From the NCBI GenBank assembly GCA_965248435.1, contig OZ252100.1:4160001-4224000 (forward strand): a stretch of 64,000 nt of DNA, written 5' to 3'. The position numbers and the translations under genes are program-made. The notes under the pieces were generated by a model, which saw nothing but the letters and a program-made list of their open reading frames with translations, was not told the origin of the DNA and searched no databases. Source of the DNA: Candidatus Latescibacterota bacterium. Its GTDB lineage: Bacteria > Latescibacterota > UBA2968 > GCA-2709665. Each line of letters begins with the position of its first letter. Positions within the stretch are counted from its first letter, which is position 1. Positions 16,686 through 26,364 of this stretch are shown here, one piece after another.

Positions 16686-19637
16686 TCAGGTATTGTGAAG
16701 CGCTCCGGCCCTGTTTCGCGGCTCCACTGCCTGCTGGAGCGCCCGGTTCAATTTTATCGAATCGAACGGTTTGGAAAGGACCAGGTCAACGGCGTCGGAA
16801 TCGTCGGCAGGCGTTCCCTTGAATTCCCAACCGGTGATGAGGACGACTGTCGTATCGGGGGACTTCTGTTTGACCTTCTCGGCCAGTTCCAGGCCCGACA
16901 TCCCGCTCATGACCCAGTCCGTGATCACAAGGTCGTATGCCGCCCCGCGCATCTTCTCCAGGGCTTCGGCCCCACTTTCCGCCGTATCTGCAATGTGTCC
17001 AGGTAACAGCTTGGGCATAAAGTCTCTGACCTCGAAGTCATCGTCCACGATCAACACCCGAAGTCCTGAAAGGGAAGACAACCCTTCCACCTTTTCTTCG
17101 GCAGCGTCTGAAGGCGTCACCACCGGGACGCTTATGACGAAAGTCGTTCCTTTCCCCGGCGCAGTTTCGATCTGGACGATGCCTCCCTGACTCTGAACCA
17201 GTCCCCAGACGGTGCTCAGGCCCAAACCGGTTCCCTTTTCTGTGGACTTCGTCGTGAAAAACGGCTCGAAGACCCGCCGTTGGGTCTCTTCGTCCATCCC
17301 GGTACCGGTGTCGGAGACCTCGACGATGACTTTTCCGTCTTCCTGAAGCGTCGTCACCCCGATGGTTCCTCCTTTCGGCATGGCGTCCACGGCGTTGAAG
17401 ATGAGGTTTGAGAGAATCTCTTCCCAGGCGGAGGGTATGCTCTGGATGAGCGCAATCTGATTCAGGTCGACCGAAAGCTGCACATGCTTTCCTTCCTGTT
17501 CAGCGGCCGTCTTCCACCTCGGTTTGGTGATTTCGATCGTGTCTCGGACGACTTGATTCAAGTCGACGGGTTCCAGCTGGGTCATATCGATGGGCCGCCC
17601 GAATGTCTGAATGCGCCGAACGATGGCGGAGCACCTTTGCGCGGACTGTAAGATCTTGTCTGCGTCCGCCCGAATGGCCTCTGGTATGTCCTCCTTGAGT
17701 TTCATGAGTTCGGCATAGCCCATAACACCCGTAAGTAGGTTATTGAAGTTGTGGGCGACGCCCGCCGCCATCTCCCCGAGGGCTCGAAGTTTTTCGGCCT
17801 CGTGAAGCTGTTCTCGAAACCGGTGCGTCGCCTCCTCGCGTTCTTTTCTCTCGGTGATGTCACGGGCAATCCCGTGGATCCCCACCGCCTTTCCACTTTC
17901 GATGATCCATCGCGAGACGATTTCCAACGCCACGGGATTTCCATCTTTGCTCAAGACTTGAGCCTCAGCTACGGGTCTGGCGTGTTCCGGTGAGAGGAGG
18001 CGTTCGGTCTCTTTGAGGCGACTTGCATCCTCGGCCGCCAGCAGCTCATAGAGTGGTTTGCCCACCAGCTCGTTTGGTTCATACCCCAACTTTTCGGTGA
18101 CGGCTTTGTTCAGAGAGGTCAGGCGCAGTTCCAGATCCGTCGTGTAGACGATGTCGTGCGCGTTGTCGAAAAGGTCGCGGTAGCGCCACTCGGAAGCTTC
18201 CAGCGCATCGTAGGAGCGGGTCAGGGCCTCGGCCATGTTGTTGAACGAGTCGGCAAGCTCGCCGATTTCATCGTGCGAACGCACCTGGATTCGGTGACCC
18301 AACGCGCCGTCGGCGAGTCGTCGCGTCCCCTCCACCAGGGCCTTGACGGGACGCGTGATCCTTGAAGCGCCCGTAAAACTGAAGAGTGCGGCCGCGGCGA
18401 GCACGGCGATTCCGATCAAAAGGAGCACACGTTCAATCGTCGTCAAGAAACCGATGGCCTGATCGAGTGAAAACTGGATGAGGTAATAACCGCGTGCCTG
18501 GGCGGAGGCAACATCCATGGGGCCCAGGAGGCCCAGATAGGTTTCGTTGTCCAACAGCATTTCAAACCGGGCAGTCTGACCTTCTGCCCGTGCGACCACG
18601 TCACTCGGGAGGGATGCCGCCAAATACTCGCGCGTATGATTCGGCCAGGTCGAAGCCACAACCGTCTCGTTGAGCAGGAAGGAGATCTGGCTGTGCGTCA
18701 TGGACTGCAGGTTTGCCGCGAGACGGTCGTCGATGCTGAATCCCGTCGCCAGCGCACCGATCACTTCGTCCTGCGACCAGACCGGCACGCAGACGAGGTG
18801 GACGACCCGGTCGCGATCCACCTGGAGGCCGACGGTGGTAAGCCCATCAATCGCTTCCTGAATTTTCGGTACACTCGAAAGGTCCGCGCCATAACTCACT
18901 TGACGTTCGATCAAGGTGAGGACGGATCCTGTCGCATCGGTGACGGCGACCAGGTCGCCTCCCGCAGTCAGAATCTTTCTCGCAAGGTTGACCACGCGTG
19001 ACCTGTCGCCTGAACGCAGCGCTTGGAGAAGAGGCTCGCTCTCCGCGTCCAGGACCAGGTCCTGCAGGATCGGACCGAAATCGCTCGACTTGTCGCAGCC
19101 GACACTGAGGGTGCCCAGGACTTCTCCAGCGTCGCGTATCGGGACGCTCCTGACGAGAAGCTCTGCGGACTCCCGCTTCCAGATACCCGACGCCTCGGTT
19201 CCTTCAAGAGCCGCCCGCACCGTCGAAAGATCACCCAGCTCACCGCCTTCTGAGATGGAAACTTCCAGCCGGGTCAAGACCCGACCGTTCTGATTTACCA
19301 CGAGAAAGATGTCACTTCCGATGATGTTCTGAAACCGTCTGGCTTCGCGCAGGACAGTACGGGACTGATATTCGAGATCTGGATCTAGAATGTCCAGCGT
19401 GGCCGTAAAGCGGGGGTCCTCAGCAACGACGAGGCTCTGGGAGAGGAGCCATCTCGCTCTTTCCTGCATGAACGTTTTGAAGACGACCTCCGTCTTCTCG
19501 AGCTCCTCGCCGATCTCCTGTTGCACGCGGGCGGCCACGAAGCGGTGGGTGACCGCAAGGGACAGGCCCACGAGAACGGCCACGACTCCGAACGTGAACA
19601 TCAGCATTTTGGCGCGCAGACTCAGAAATTTGTTCAT
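16686..19637 (-). CDS. Hybrid sensor histidine kinase (TM-Cache-like-TM-HAMP-PAS-HisKA-HATPase-REC)
   Basis: H-box GVAHNFNNLL, N-box NAVDAMP, DTGTGM, FEPFFTTK, GTGLGL, C-terminal receiver LIVDDD..ITDW..KP. Confidence 0.93.
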   Translation of the reverse strand: MNKFLSLRAKMLMFTFGVVAVLVGLSLAVTHRFVAARVQQEIGEELEKTEVVFKTFMQERARWLLSQSLVVAEDPRFTATLDILDPDLEYQSRTVLREARRFQNIIGSDIFLVVNQNGRVLTRLEVSISEGGELGDLSTVRAALEGTEASGIWKRESAELLVRSVPIRDAGEVLGTLSVGCDKSSDFGPILQDLVLDAESEPLLQALRSGDRSRVVNLARKILTAGGDLVAVTDATGSVLTLIERQVSYGADLSSVPKIQEAIDGLTTVGLQVDRDRVVHLVCVPVWSQDEVIGALATGFSIDDRLAANLQSMTHSQISFLLNETVVASTWPNHTREYLAASLPSDVVARAEGQTARFEMLLDNETYLGLLGPMDVASAQARGYYLIQFSLDQAIGFLTTIERVLLLIGIAVLAAAALFSFTGASRITRPVKALVEGTRRLADGALGHRIQVRSHDEIGELADSFNNMAEALTRSYDALEASEWRYRDLFDNAHDIVYTTDLELRLTSLNKAVTEKLGYEPNELVGKPLYELLAAEDASRLKETERLLSPEHARPVAEAQVLSKDGNPVALEIVSRWIIESGKAVGIHGIARDITERKEREEATHRFREQLHEAEKLRALGEMAAGVAHNFNNLLTGVMGYAELMKLKEDIPEAIRADADKILQSAQRCSAIVRRIQTFGRPIDMTQLEPVDLNQVVRDTIEITKPRWKTAAEQEGKHVQLSVDLNQIALIQSIPSAWEEILSNLIFNAVDAMPKGGTIGVTTLQEDGKVIVEVSDTGTGMDEETQRRVFEPFFTTKSTEKGTGLGLSTVWGLVQSQGGIVQIETAPGKGTTFVISVPVVTPSDAAEEKVEGLSSLSGLRVLIVDDDFEVRDFMPKLLPGHIADTAESGAEALEKMRGAAYDLVITDWVMSGMSGLELAEKVKQKSPDTTVVLITGWEFKGTPADDSDAVDLVLSKPFDSIKLNRALQQAVEPRNRAGALHNT

Positions 19638-19661
19638 TGGGATCCGTCGCTTGACACCTAC

Positions 19662-20633
19662 CTAGAGGTTGGAGAAGCTGAGTTCAGTGCCTTCGGACAC
19701 CCGGTCTAACCTGGCGATCTCATCGGCAGACAGGGCCCAGCCGACCGCGCCCAGGTTCTCATCGAGCTGCTCGATCGTATCGCTGCCAGAGATCGCGACG
19801 GTGATCTCCGGCTTCGATATGACCCAATTGAGTGCGACCTGTGCCAAGGTCTTTTCTCTCTGTGCCGCGATGTCGCGCAGGACGCCGATGATCGCCGGAA
19901 TCTGACCGGAAAGCGAGCGGTCGAAACGCTCCCGGTCCTTCACCGCCCAGAGTGAGCCTGCGGGCGGCGGCTCGCCCGGCGTATACAGATCGCTGAGCAG
20001 ACCCGCGCCGAGCGGACTGAAGGCCATCGCGCCGAGACTCTGGTCTCGAATCAGGCCGAACATCTCTCCCTCAAGCGTCCGGTTCATGAGGCTGTAGGGG
20101 TTCTGAATGGTCACGAGTGGATCGGCGCCCAGTCTGTCCCCGGCCCACAAGGCCCTGCACACCTGCCAGGCTTTGAAGTTGCAGACGCCGACGTAGCGGA
20201 CCCTGCCCGAGGTCACGAGATCGTCCAGGGCCCTTATCGTTTCCTCGATGGGCGTTTCTTCGTCGAATGAATGAAGCAGGTAAACGTCGATATGGTCGGT
20301 GCGCAGTCTATCGAGCGACTTCTCGACTTCGGACAGGATGTGAACCCTGGAGCTGCCGCCGTCGTTCACGCCAGGGCCGATCTTTCCGAAGACCTTGGAC
20401 GTGATTACGACCTCTTTGCGCCTGGTTTCGAGGACAGCACCCAGGACTTCCTCGGACAACGGTCCGTCCCGGAGGTGGTAGAAGTTAGCGCAGTCGATGA
20501 AGTTGACGCCCGAATCTATGGCGTGCTCGATGACGCGCCTGGCTTCGGCCACTGAGGACTGGCCTCTAAAGCCTAGGCCCAGTGCGATTCTGGAGACCTT
20601 GACCCCGGCACACCCTAGCCGTATGTATTCCAT
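19662..20633 (-). CDS. Aldo/keto reductase
   Basis: GVNFIDCANFY, SLDRLRTDHIDVYLLH, GRVRYVGVCN, SPLGAG. Confidence 0.92.
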   Translation of the reverse strand: MEYIRLGCAGVKVSRIALGLGFRGQSSVAEARRVIEHAIDSGVNFIDCANFYHLRDGPLSEEVLGAVLETRRKEVVITSKVFGKIGPGVNDGGSSRVHILSEVEKSLDRLRTDHIDVYLLHSFDEETPIEETIRALDDLVTSGRVRYVGVCNFKAWQVCRALWAGDRLGADPLVTIQNPYSLMNRTLEGEMFGLIRDQSLGAMAFSPLGAGLLSDLYTPGEPPPAGSLWAVKDRERFDRSLSGQIPAIIGVLRDIAAQREKTLAQVALNWVISKPEITVAISGSDTIEQLDENLGAVGWALSADEIARLDRVSEGTELSFSNL

Positions 20634-20688
20634 CGTCGAGCAGTGTCCAGACGACTCCTGAGAGACCTATTCAATGGGATCGTCGGGT

Positions 20689-21348
20689 TTAGAATGAGAA
20701 GTCGGCTTTTGCCATCCCGGATTCAGGAACGACGATGTCGCGAGACTGTTCCCCCTGAGAAGGATGCCAGGCCTTGAGCGTGTATTGTCCAGGTGGGATG
20801 TCGGTAAACGAGTAGGCACCGTCATCGGCCGGAACGGTGAAGTAGGGCGTTTCGAGGACACGGATGAAGGCCTTCATCCCGGCGTGTATCTCACAGCGTA
20901 CGACGATGACACCCGGTGTTGAGAAAGTTTCACGGGGGGTCTTTCCCTTGGCATATCGACCCAGGTCGAACCGGTCTCCCGCCATCACGGAGAAGACATT
21001 GTGATAAAAATCATCCAGGTTTGGGAACTCGACGGTCGTCCCCGCCAGCACTGGCAGGACACGAGGGACAAAGGCTTCGTTTTTCTGGGACATCACCGGA
21101 GGGGAAGATGCGGTCGAAACGGTCCGACCGGCCGCAAGCCCTTCCAGGTAGACGACGACATCCTGCTGACTCGCCCCGTGTGCATCGCGGGTTCGTGCGG
21201 ACCGGTAAGGGCCCAGGTAATACCGGGCAGGCCGCTTCGCTTTCTTAGTGGCCTTGACGGTGACCGTCCCCGCGATCGTTCCTGAGAACGCCATACCAGG
21301 AGCGACAGAGATGAGAAGGGGCGTAATGAGCAGAGAGAGAAGTCGCAT
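20689..21348 (-). CDS. Exported cupredoxin-like protein with carboxypeptidase-regulatory-like beta domain
   Basis: Signal peptide; FVPRVL..GTTVEFPNLD..HNVFS..RCEIHAGM (His/Cys/His/Met); PPGQYTLKAWH. Confidence 0.75.
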   Translation of the reverse strand: MRLLSLLITPLLISVAPGMAFSGTIAGTVTVKATKKAKRPARYYLGPYRSARTRDAHGASQQDVVVYLEGLAAGRTVSTASSPPVMSQKNEAFVPRVLPVLAGTTVEFPNLDDFYHNVFSVMAGDRFDLGRYAKGKTPRETFSTPGVIVVRCEIHAGMKAFIRVLETPYFTVPADDGAYSFTDIPPGQYTLKAWHPSQGEQSRDIVVPESGMAKADFSF

Positions 21349-21354
21349 GGGGCT

Positions 21355-22581
21355 TCAGAAGGAGACAGAGAGCTGAGTCGCCCAGAAATGGTTCACCGAG
21401 TCGGGCGCGTTGAGGTGCTCCACCCGTATGTCCTGTCGTAACACCTTGGCGATGACGCCGTCGTGCAGGTAATAGCCGATGCCCCATTCCCACCGCTGGA
21501 TCGGTTCATCCCACGGAACCTTGCCACCCGTTTCATCGTGGATCTCGCCGAAGGTCAGGCGGTCATAACGGACGGCACCGTAGAGGCCGGGCCGAAATGC
21601 GTATTTCGCCTCGATGTATCCTCCGACGTTTGTCAGGTCTGTTCGGTTCCCCCCTTCGTCGGTGATATTCGGGACCTCCCAGTGGTTGAATATCAGCTCG
21701 CCGATGACTTTGAGATGCCGGATGCCGAGTTCCAAGTCCAGACCCGCAACTTGCTGAGCGAAGTCCTCTACGTCTTGCCCTTGCAGCGCCTCGCCGACTG
21801 ACTGATCCAAGTAGGGCCCCTGAGCATACGAGGCGCCAATGATTAGGCCCGTTAATGGCACCAGTCCTATGCGAAAGGCGATCTGCTTTCCGTCGTTGTT
21901 GTCGCCTCCGGAGTTCCTGGGATCAGAAAGCGTGCCCTGGGTCACCGCCGCCTGATACTCCAGGCGCCAGGCGGAACCGAAGGCCTTCACGCCTACGTCC
22001 CAACAGACGTCGTAGATGATCGGGAGCCCGTTGAATCCCAGACTGGAGCCTCCCCCCGCGAATCCTCCGAACGCGTCGAAGGGCCCCTCGCCCCTGTGGG
22101 CCAGCAGGTCGGCATTGTCCGCAGGGAGCTGGTTCGAGCGCAGAGAGGTGAAGTAGTGGTAGATGAGCGGCGCGCTGACCAGGGGGTTGCGATCCGAGTA
22201 TGCGCGTGGGCCGAAGGCCCCGAAAACGGTCGGGATCTTGCCGGCCTCGAAATGGAGGTCTGCCTTTGCAGATTCGTAGGCGGTGTAGCGGACGTAAGAA
22301 CGAAAGTAGGATGAAACGTGGGCTTTGCTTGTGGGGTCCAGGATGATCTGATTGAAGAGCGTGAGGCGATCGCTCAAAACAGCGTCGCCGGAGAGGGTAA
22401 ATCTTATGTTATCGAACAGGCTGTCACTTCTCCGGAGTCGGTTTACCGCGGGGGCGCCTTTTTCACTGAAGGCGTTCGCCAGGTCCAGGATGCCATCGAA
22501 GTAAAACGTGGGCCCGTCTGCCGCCGTCTTGGAAACGGAAAGTAGAAATGCGAACAGGCTGGAGACGACAAGGGTCTTCAT
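21355..22581 (-). CDS. Outer membrane beta-barrel/porin-like protein
   Basis: Signal peptide, amphipathic strands, DNNDGK motif, C-terminal QLSVSF. Confidence 0.7.
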   Translation of the reverse strand: MKTLVVSSLFAFLLSVSKTAADGPTFYFDGILDLANAFSEKGAPAVNRLRRSDSLFDNIRFTLSGDAVLSDRLTLFNQIILDPTSKAHVSSYFRSYVRYTAYESAKADLHFEAGKIPTVFGAFGPRAYSDRNPLVSAPLIYHYFTSLRSNQLPADNADLLAHRGEGPFDAFGGFAGGGSSLGFNGLPIIYDVCWDVGVKAFGSAWRLEYQAAVTQGTLSDPRNSGGDNNDGKQIAFRIGLVPLTGLIIGASYAQGPYLDQSVGEALQGQDVEDFAQQVAGLDLELGIRHLKVIGELIFNHWEVPNITDEGGNRTDLTNVGGYIEAKYAFRPGLYGAVRYDRLTFGEIHDETGGKVPWDEPIQRWEWGIGYYLHDGVIAKVLRQDIRVEHLNAPDSVNHFWATQLSVSF

Positions 22582-22661
22582 TCCACATGCTCACGACAAT
22601 CCGGCGTTGGTAAGGAGATCTATGCGTGGGCGGCGAGGATATCAAGAGGATACTAAAATGT

Positions 22662-22690
22662 ATAATACGGAGGTGCCATAGATGTGTCAA
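22662..22690 (-). promoter_or_regulatory. Putative sigma-70 promoter of the porin-cupredoxin-AKR-kinase unit
   Basis: TTGACA-17 bp-TATTAT. Confidence 0.6.
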
Positions 22691-22710
22691 GCAATGGTAA
22701 GGATATTGTG

Positions 22711-23622
22711 TTACAAGCCCTTGGGCGCAGACGCGAGGACATTGTCGATGCGGTCCAGCTCCTCTTGACTGAACACGATGTCAGCGGCACCGATATGCTC
22801 TCGGAGCTGCCCTGTCGTTTTGGCACCGACAAGGACGCACGAGATCGCGGGGAGGCGCAGAATCCAGGCGAGGGCAAGCTGGATGAGTGTGACGCCCTTC
22901 TCCGTTGCAATGTCCTTCAGGCGTTCTGAAGACGACAGGTAGGATGCAAATTTTTCACCCTTGAAATGGGGCTTCCTGGACCTCGCGTCATCCTCCGGAA
23001 ACAGGTGGCCAGGGGCGTACTTTCCTGTGAGGAGGCCCTGACTCAGTGGGCTGTGGGGGAGGATGCCGATCCCCTCCTGCTCGCAGAAGGGGATGTCTTC
23101 AGGTTCGATTCTTCGGGCAAACATGTTGTAGCGCGGCTGGTTGGACTGGAACCGTGCGGTCTGGAGCGCGAGGCGCATCTGTTCATCGTTGAAGTTCGAG
23201 ACCCCGATGAAGCGGGTCTTGCCCTGTTCCTGAAGCCGGGCCATGGCCTCCATGCTTTCGTCGATCGGATATTCGGACTTCCAGTCGTGGATTTGATAGA
23301 GGTCGACGTGGTCCACACCGAGACCGCGCAGACTGTTGTCCATGCCATTTTGGATATCTTCCCGAGAGTAACCCGAGCTGACTTTGGTACAAAGGAAACA
23401 TCTCTCTCGATAGCCGTCTTTAAGGGCCTTTCCCAGTGTATCTTCGCTGGTGTAATACGACTGTGCTGTATCTAGCAGGGTGATCCCGCTATCGATGGCG
23501 GCGCGGACCACGGCGATTCCCTGCTGTTCCTCGACGTGACCCAGACCCCCGCCAATCGGCCAGGTTCCAAGCCCGATGGCCGAGACTTCCGGACCGTCCT
23601 TTCCGAGTTGTCTGAACTGCAT
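22711..23622 (-). CDS. Aldo/keto reductase
   Basis: VSAIGLGTW, LLDTAQSY, VDLYQIH, GKTRFIGVSNF, SPLSQGLLTGKY. Confidence 0.92.
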   Translation of the reverse strand: MQFRQLGKDGPEVSAIGLGTWPIGGGLGHVEEQQGIAVVRAAIDSGITLLDTAQSYYTSEDTLGKALKDGYRERCFLCTKVSSGYSREDIQNGMDNSLRGLGVDHVDLYQIHDWKSEYPIDESMEAMARLQEQGKTRFIGVSNFNDEQMRLALQTARFQSNQPRYNMFARRIEPEDIPFCEQEGIGILPHSPLSQGLLTGKYAPGHLFPEDDARSRKPHFKGEKFASYLSSSERLKDIATEKGVTLIQLALAWILRLPAISCVLVGAKTTGQLREHIGAADIVFSQEELDRIDNVLASAPKGL

Positions 23623-23634
23623 TGGATACCTCTT

Positions 23635-23663
23635 TAGAGACGCCCCACCCGGGGCGTCTCTAC
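23635..23663 (-). repeat. GTAG-type REP-like palindrome
   Basis: Minus strand GTAGAGACGCCCC-gggt-GGGGCGTCTCTA. Confidence 0.6.
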
Positions 23664-24349
23664 GGCGATTGGCCGGGCCGGGTGTCTGACTTTTCCTGCG
23701 GATGATACCCGATCACCCTGCGCCCGTGATCGACATCATACAACGGCCACGTACTGTCGGAGACGCCGTAAACGATTTCGAATTTTACATCGGGCTGGAG
23801 AATCGCGCGCTCGAAGACGTTGACGGCGTCGACGTGGGCAAGGTGATGGGGATGGGTGGGGTGAGCTCTGAAGTTTCCGATACGGACACAAACGACTTCC
23901 ATGTCGAATCGATGGGCGTACATGTATCCCATGTTTTCACCGAAGGCTTTACTGATCGAATAGTAATGGCCAGCGTGAATCGGAAGGTCCACCGTGCGCA
24001 TTCTATCTTCCGGATAGTCGCCGACCAGGCCGGCCCGGCTCGCAAAGGCGATGCGGCGCACATCGTTTTTGAGCGCGGCCTGGAAGAGGTTGCGGAGCCC
24101 GATGATGTTGGCGGACAGGACTTCTTCCCAAACGGAATTGGATCCTGCGGCCGCAGCCAGGTGAATCACCGCATCCATTCCTCGAGTCACAGTCAGGAGG
24201 GTGTCCAGGTCCCCGAGATCCCCCACGATGCTGTCTTCGACGTCCGGCATGGGCACGACGTCGAATCCACGAATGTGATGCCTTTGCTTCAGGCCCTCTG
24301 CGATACAGCGTCCGACCTTACCGGCCGCGCCGGTGATCAGGACATTCAT
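23660..24349 (-). CDS. NAD-dependent epimerase/dehydratase (uronate dehydrogenase-like SDR)
   Basis: ITGAAGKVG, VIHLAA, YSISK (YxxxK), VCVRIG, YGVSD. Confidence 0.85.
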   Translation of the reverse strand: MNVLITGAAGKVGRCIAEGLKQRHHIRGFDVVPMPDVEDSIVGDLGDLDTLLTVTRGMDAVIHLAAAAGSNSVWEEVLSANIIGLRNLFQAALKNDVRRIAFASRAGLVGDYPEDRMRTVDLPIHAGHYYSISKAFGENMGYMYAHRFDMEVVCVRIGNFRAHPTHPHHLAHVDAVNVFERAILQPDVKFEIVYGVSDSTWPLYDVDHGRRVIGYHPQEKSDTRPGQSP

Positions 24350-24377
24350 GTCGATCGTCCTCTCGGGGGGGGTGATC

Positions 24378-25403
24378 TCACTGCTTCGGTGTCCTCACGT
24401 CCTCGGCGCCGAAAAGGAAAGAGAGCAGGGTAAACCTGCGGCCCTGCGTGACCTCTGTGACTTCGTGCAAATGCGAGCAGGAGAAGACCAGGGCCTCGCC
24501 GGCTCCGGGCCTATGGAGCATCTGGCCGAATTCAGGGAAACGCAGGCGGCCGCCTTCGTAGTCTTCGTTGAGGTTCAGCGTGAGCGCGAAACGTCGGTGG
24601 GCCGTCGAAGGGCTCAAATTGTCCCGATGGGCCTGGAAGAATCCACCGGTCTGGCTGTCATAGCAGGCAACCTTGAAGCCTTCGAAGCGCGTTGCCGAGT
24701 AGGCGAACGAGCGCTGAACTTCCGGCATCACGCGCCGGCCGATCGTAGAGGTGAGCATCTTCAACAGTTTTTCATCGGCCACGATGTGGTCGCGTCTCCG
24801 CTTAGCTTCCGGACTCAAGGCATCCTCACGGCGCGCACCGTGAGAGCGTTCGACACCGGTTTCGACGTTGTCCCGTGTCCCCCAAACCTGAATCAGGAAC
24901 TGGCAGATTTCAAGATCCAGCACATTGGGGACGAAGAGCACCGGGGCCTGAGCGGTAACCTCCACCACTTCGCGATGAACTTGTGATGCCTGGATGATGG
25001 AGAGGGCCTCATCGGCAGAGGATCGAGCATCGACGTATGCCACGGATCCGACTACTCTCAGGTTGGAATCGAGCACAAACAGGAACGCTGGTCCATCATC
25101 TTCGAGACGGTAGGCTTGCTTCACTTTACCCTGTTCGTCAAAGAAGACTTGAAAGGGAATGGAGGCATCCGGCTTGTTCGATCCAACCTGAACTCCGAAG
25201 ACGGACAGATCTGAATCGCCGCTCGGGTTCAGCGCCTCAGAGAATCGGCAAAGCTGTTCCGTGCTCAGGTCGCCGCAGAACAGGAGGACCGTGGGACGTC
25301 CTCCGGCACGGGCGTAGAAGCGTACTGGATTCCCTTCCTCATCGGGCAATACGAAATCGGGCGCCCGCTCGCCCCGGCCGAGCCCTTGACTGACTGAGCT
25401 CAT
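24378..25403 (-). CDS. Redoxin-like domain fused to 2OG-Fe(II) oxygenase
   Basis: N-terminal GERAPDFVLP..FVLDSNLRV; C-terminal AHRDN, YEGGRLRFPE, LHEVTEVTQGRR. Confidence 0.85.
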   Translation of the reverse strand: MSSVSQGLGRGERAPDFVLPDEEGNPVRFYARAGGRPTVLLFCGDLSTEQLCRFSEALNPSGDSDLSVFGVQVGSNKPDASIPFQVFFDEQGKVKQAYRLEDDGPAFLFVLDSNLRVVGSVAYVDARSSADEALSIIQASQVHREVVEVTAQAPVLFVPNVLDLEICQFLIQVWGTRDNVETGVERSHGARREDALSPEAKRRRDHIVADEKLLKMLTSTIGRRVMPEVQRSFAYSATRFEGFKVACYDSQTGGFFQAHRDNLSPSTAHRRFALTLNLNEDYEGGRLRFPEFGQMLHRPGAGEALVFSCSHLHEVTEVTQGRRFTLLSFLFGAEDVRTPKQ

Positions 25404-25731
25404 GACTGTCCTCTTGGGTTGGCCAGAATCAAGGAAATTCCAACCGCAGGGACGCAGAGGCATGTCCCTGCGAAAGCAGGGATCGCAGAGAATTCCGTGG
25501 AGAAACTGCCTCGTTGAACAAAGCGATCCAAGATCGACCCAGACATAGGAAAATCCCAGGTGCCAGGAATGACGGATTCAGGCAAAGGCTGACTCCAAAA
25601 TAGGCCCAAAGCTCCGATCGTCAAGTCGAAAAACCGGAATCAAACTTGACAGTCCGTTTCGAATCTATTAATTCGTTTTCGGAATTGCGACCCGGAGGAA
25701 TAGACGGGACGATTCAGGAGGATTCTTGAGC

Positions 25732-26364
25732 ATGGGAAGGAACTTCGTTCGTCGGAGGTGGATTTGCCTGTGGCTTTCCGCTGCAACCAGTCTCGCCTCC
25801 TCTGAGAGGCCAGAAAATGTGACCTATGTGCTTCCTGAGGCGCTGAGGGACATCGATGGGAAGAGCGTGGAAGTGGAAAGACTTGCGAAAGAGAAGAGGC
25901 TGGTGATCGTTACCCTCAAAGCGACGTGGTGTTCGGTCTGTGTCAATCAACTCGTCAGACTTAACAGGCTGCTTCCTCAACTAGAATCGTGTGGGGCGAC
26001 ATTTGTCGTCCTATCTCCCGGACCTCAGCAAGCGCTTGCAGAAGTCCGGAAGCAGACGAGATTTCCTTATCCATTTGTGGAAGATCCCAAGCTGGATCTG
26101 GCAAAGAAGCTAGATTTGGTTTTGGGCCCTGATCAGATTCGACCGGCTATTTTTGTCGTGAACAAGGAGAGGGAAATGGTGTGGATGCAATACGGGCGAA
26201 GCGGGGCTCATTACGGAGACGATGCCTTGATGAAGTATTTGGGGTGTGGATATGATCTGACAGGCTTTGAAGGAGAACGACTTTCGCCCCTCACGACTAC
26301 ACCATCAGGTCGACCTTCCCGCCCATGCCGTTCAGCTGGCTCGTGTCGGCGAGCGTCGAGTTGA
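25732..26364 (+). CDS. Exported AhpC/TSA-like redoxin
   Basis: Signal-like N-terminus, WCSVC, YPFVEDP, RPAIFVVN; C-terminal tail poorly defined. Confidence 0.75.
   Translation: MGRNFVRRRWICLWLSAATSLASSERPENVTYVLPEALRDIDGKSVEVERLAKEKRLVIVTLKATWCSVCVNQLVRLNRLLPQLESCGATFVVLSPGPQQALAEVRKQTRFPYPFVEDPKLDLAKKLDLVLGPDQIRPAIFVVNKEREMVWMQYGRSGAHYGDDALMKYLGCGYDLTGFEGERLSPLTTTPSGRPSRPCRSAGSCRRASS

Noticed and set aside
25464-25484. Palindrome GTCCCTGC-GAAA-GCAGGGATC as a regulatory RNA
   Set aside because: Single short REP-like hairpin with no further support in the window
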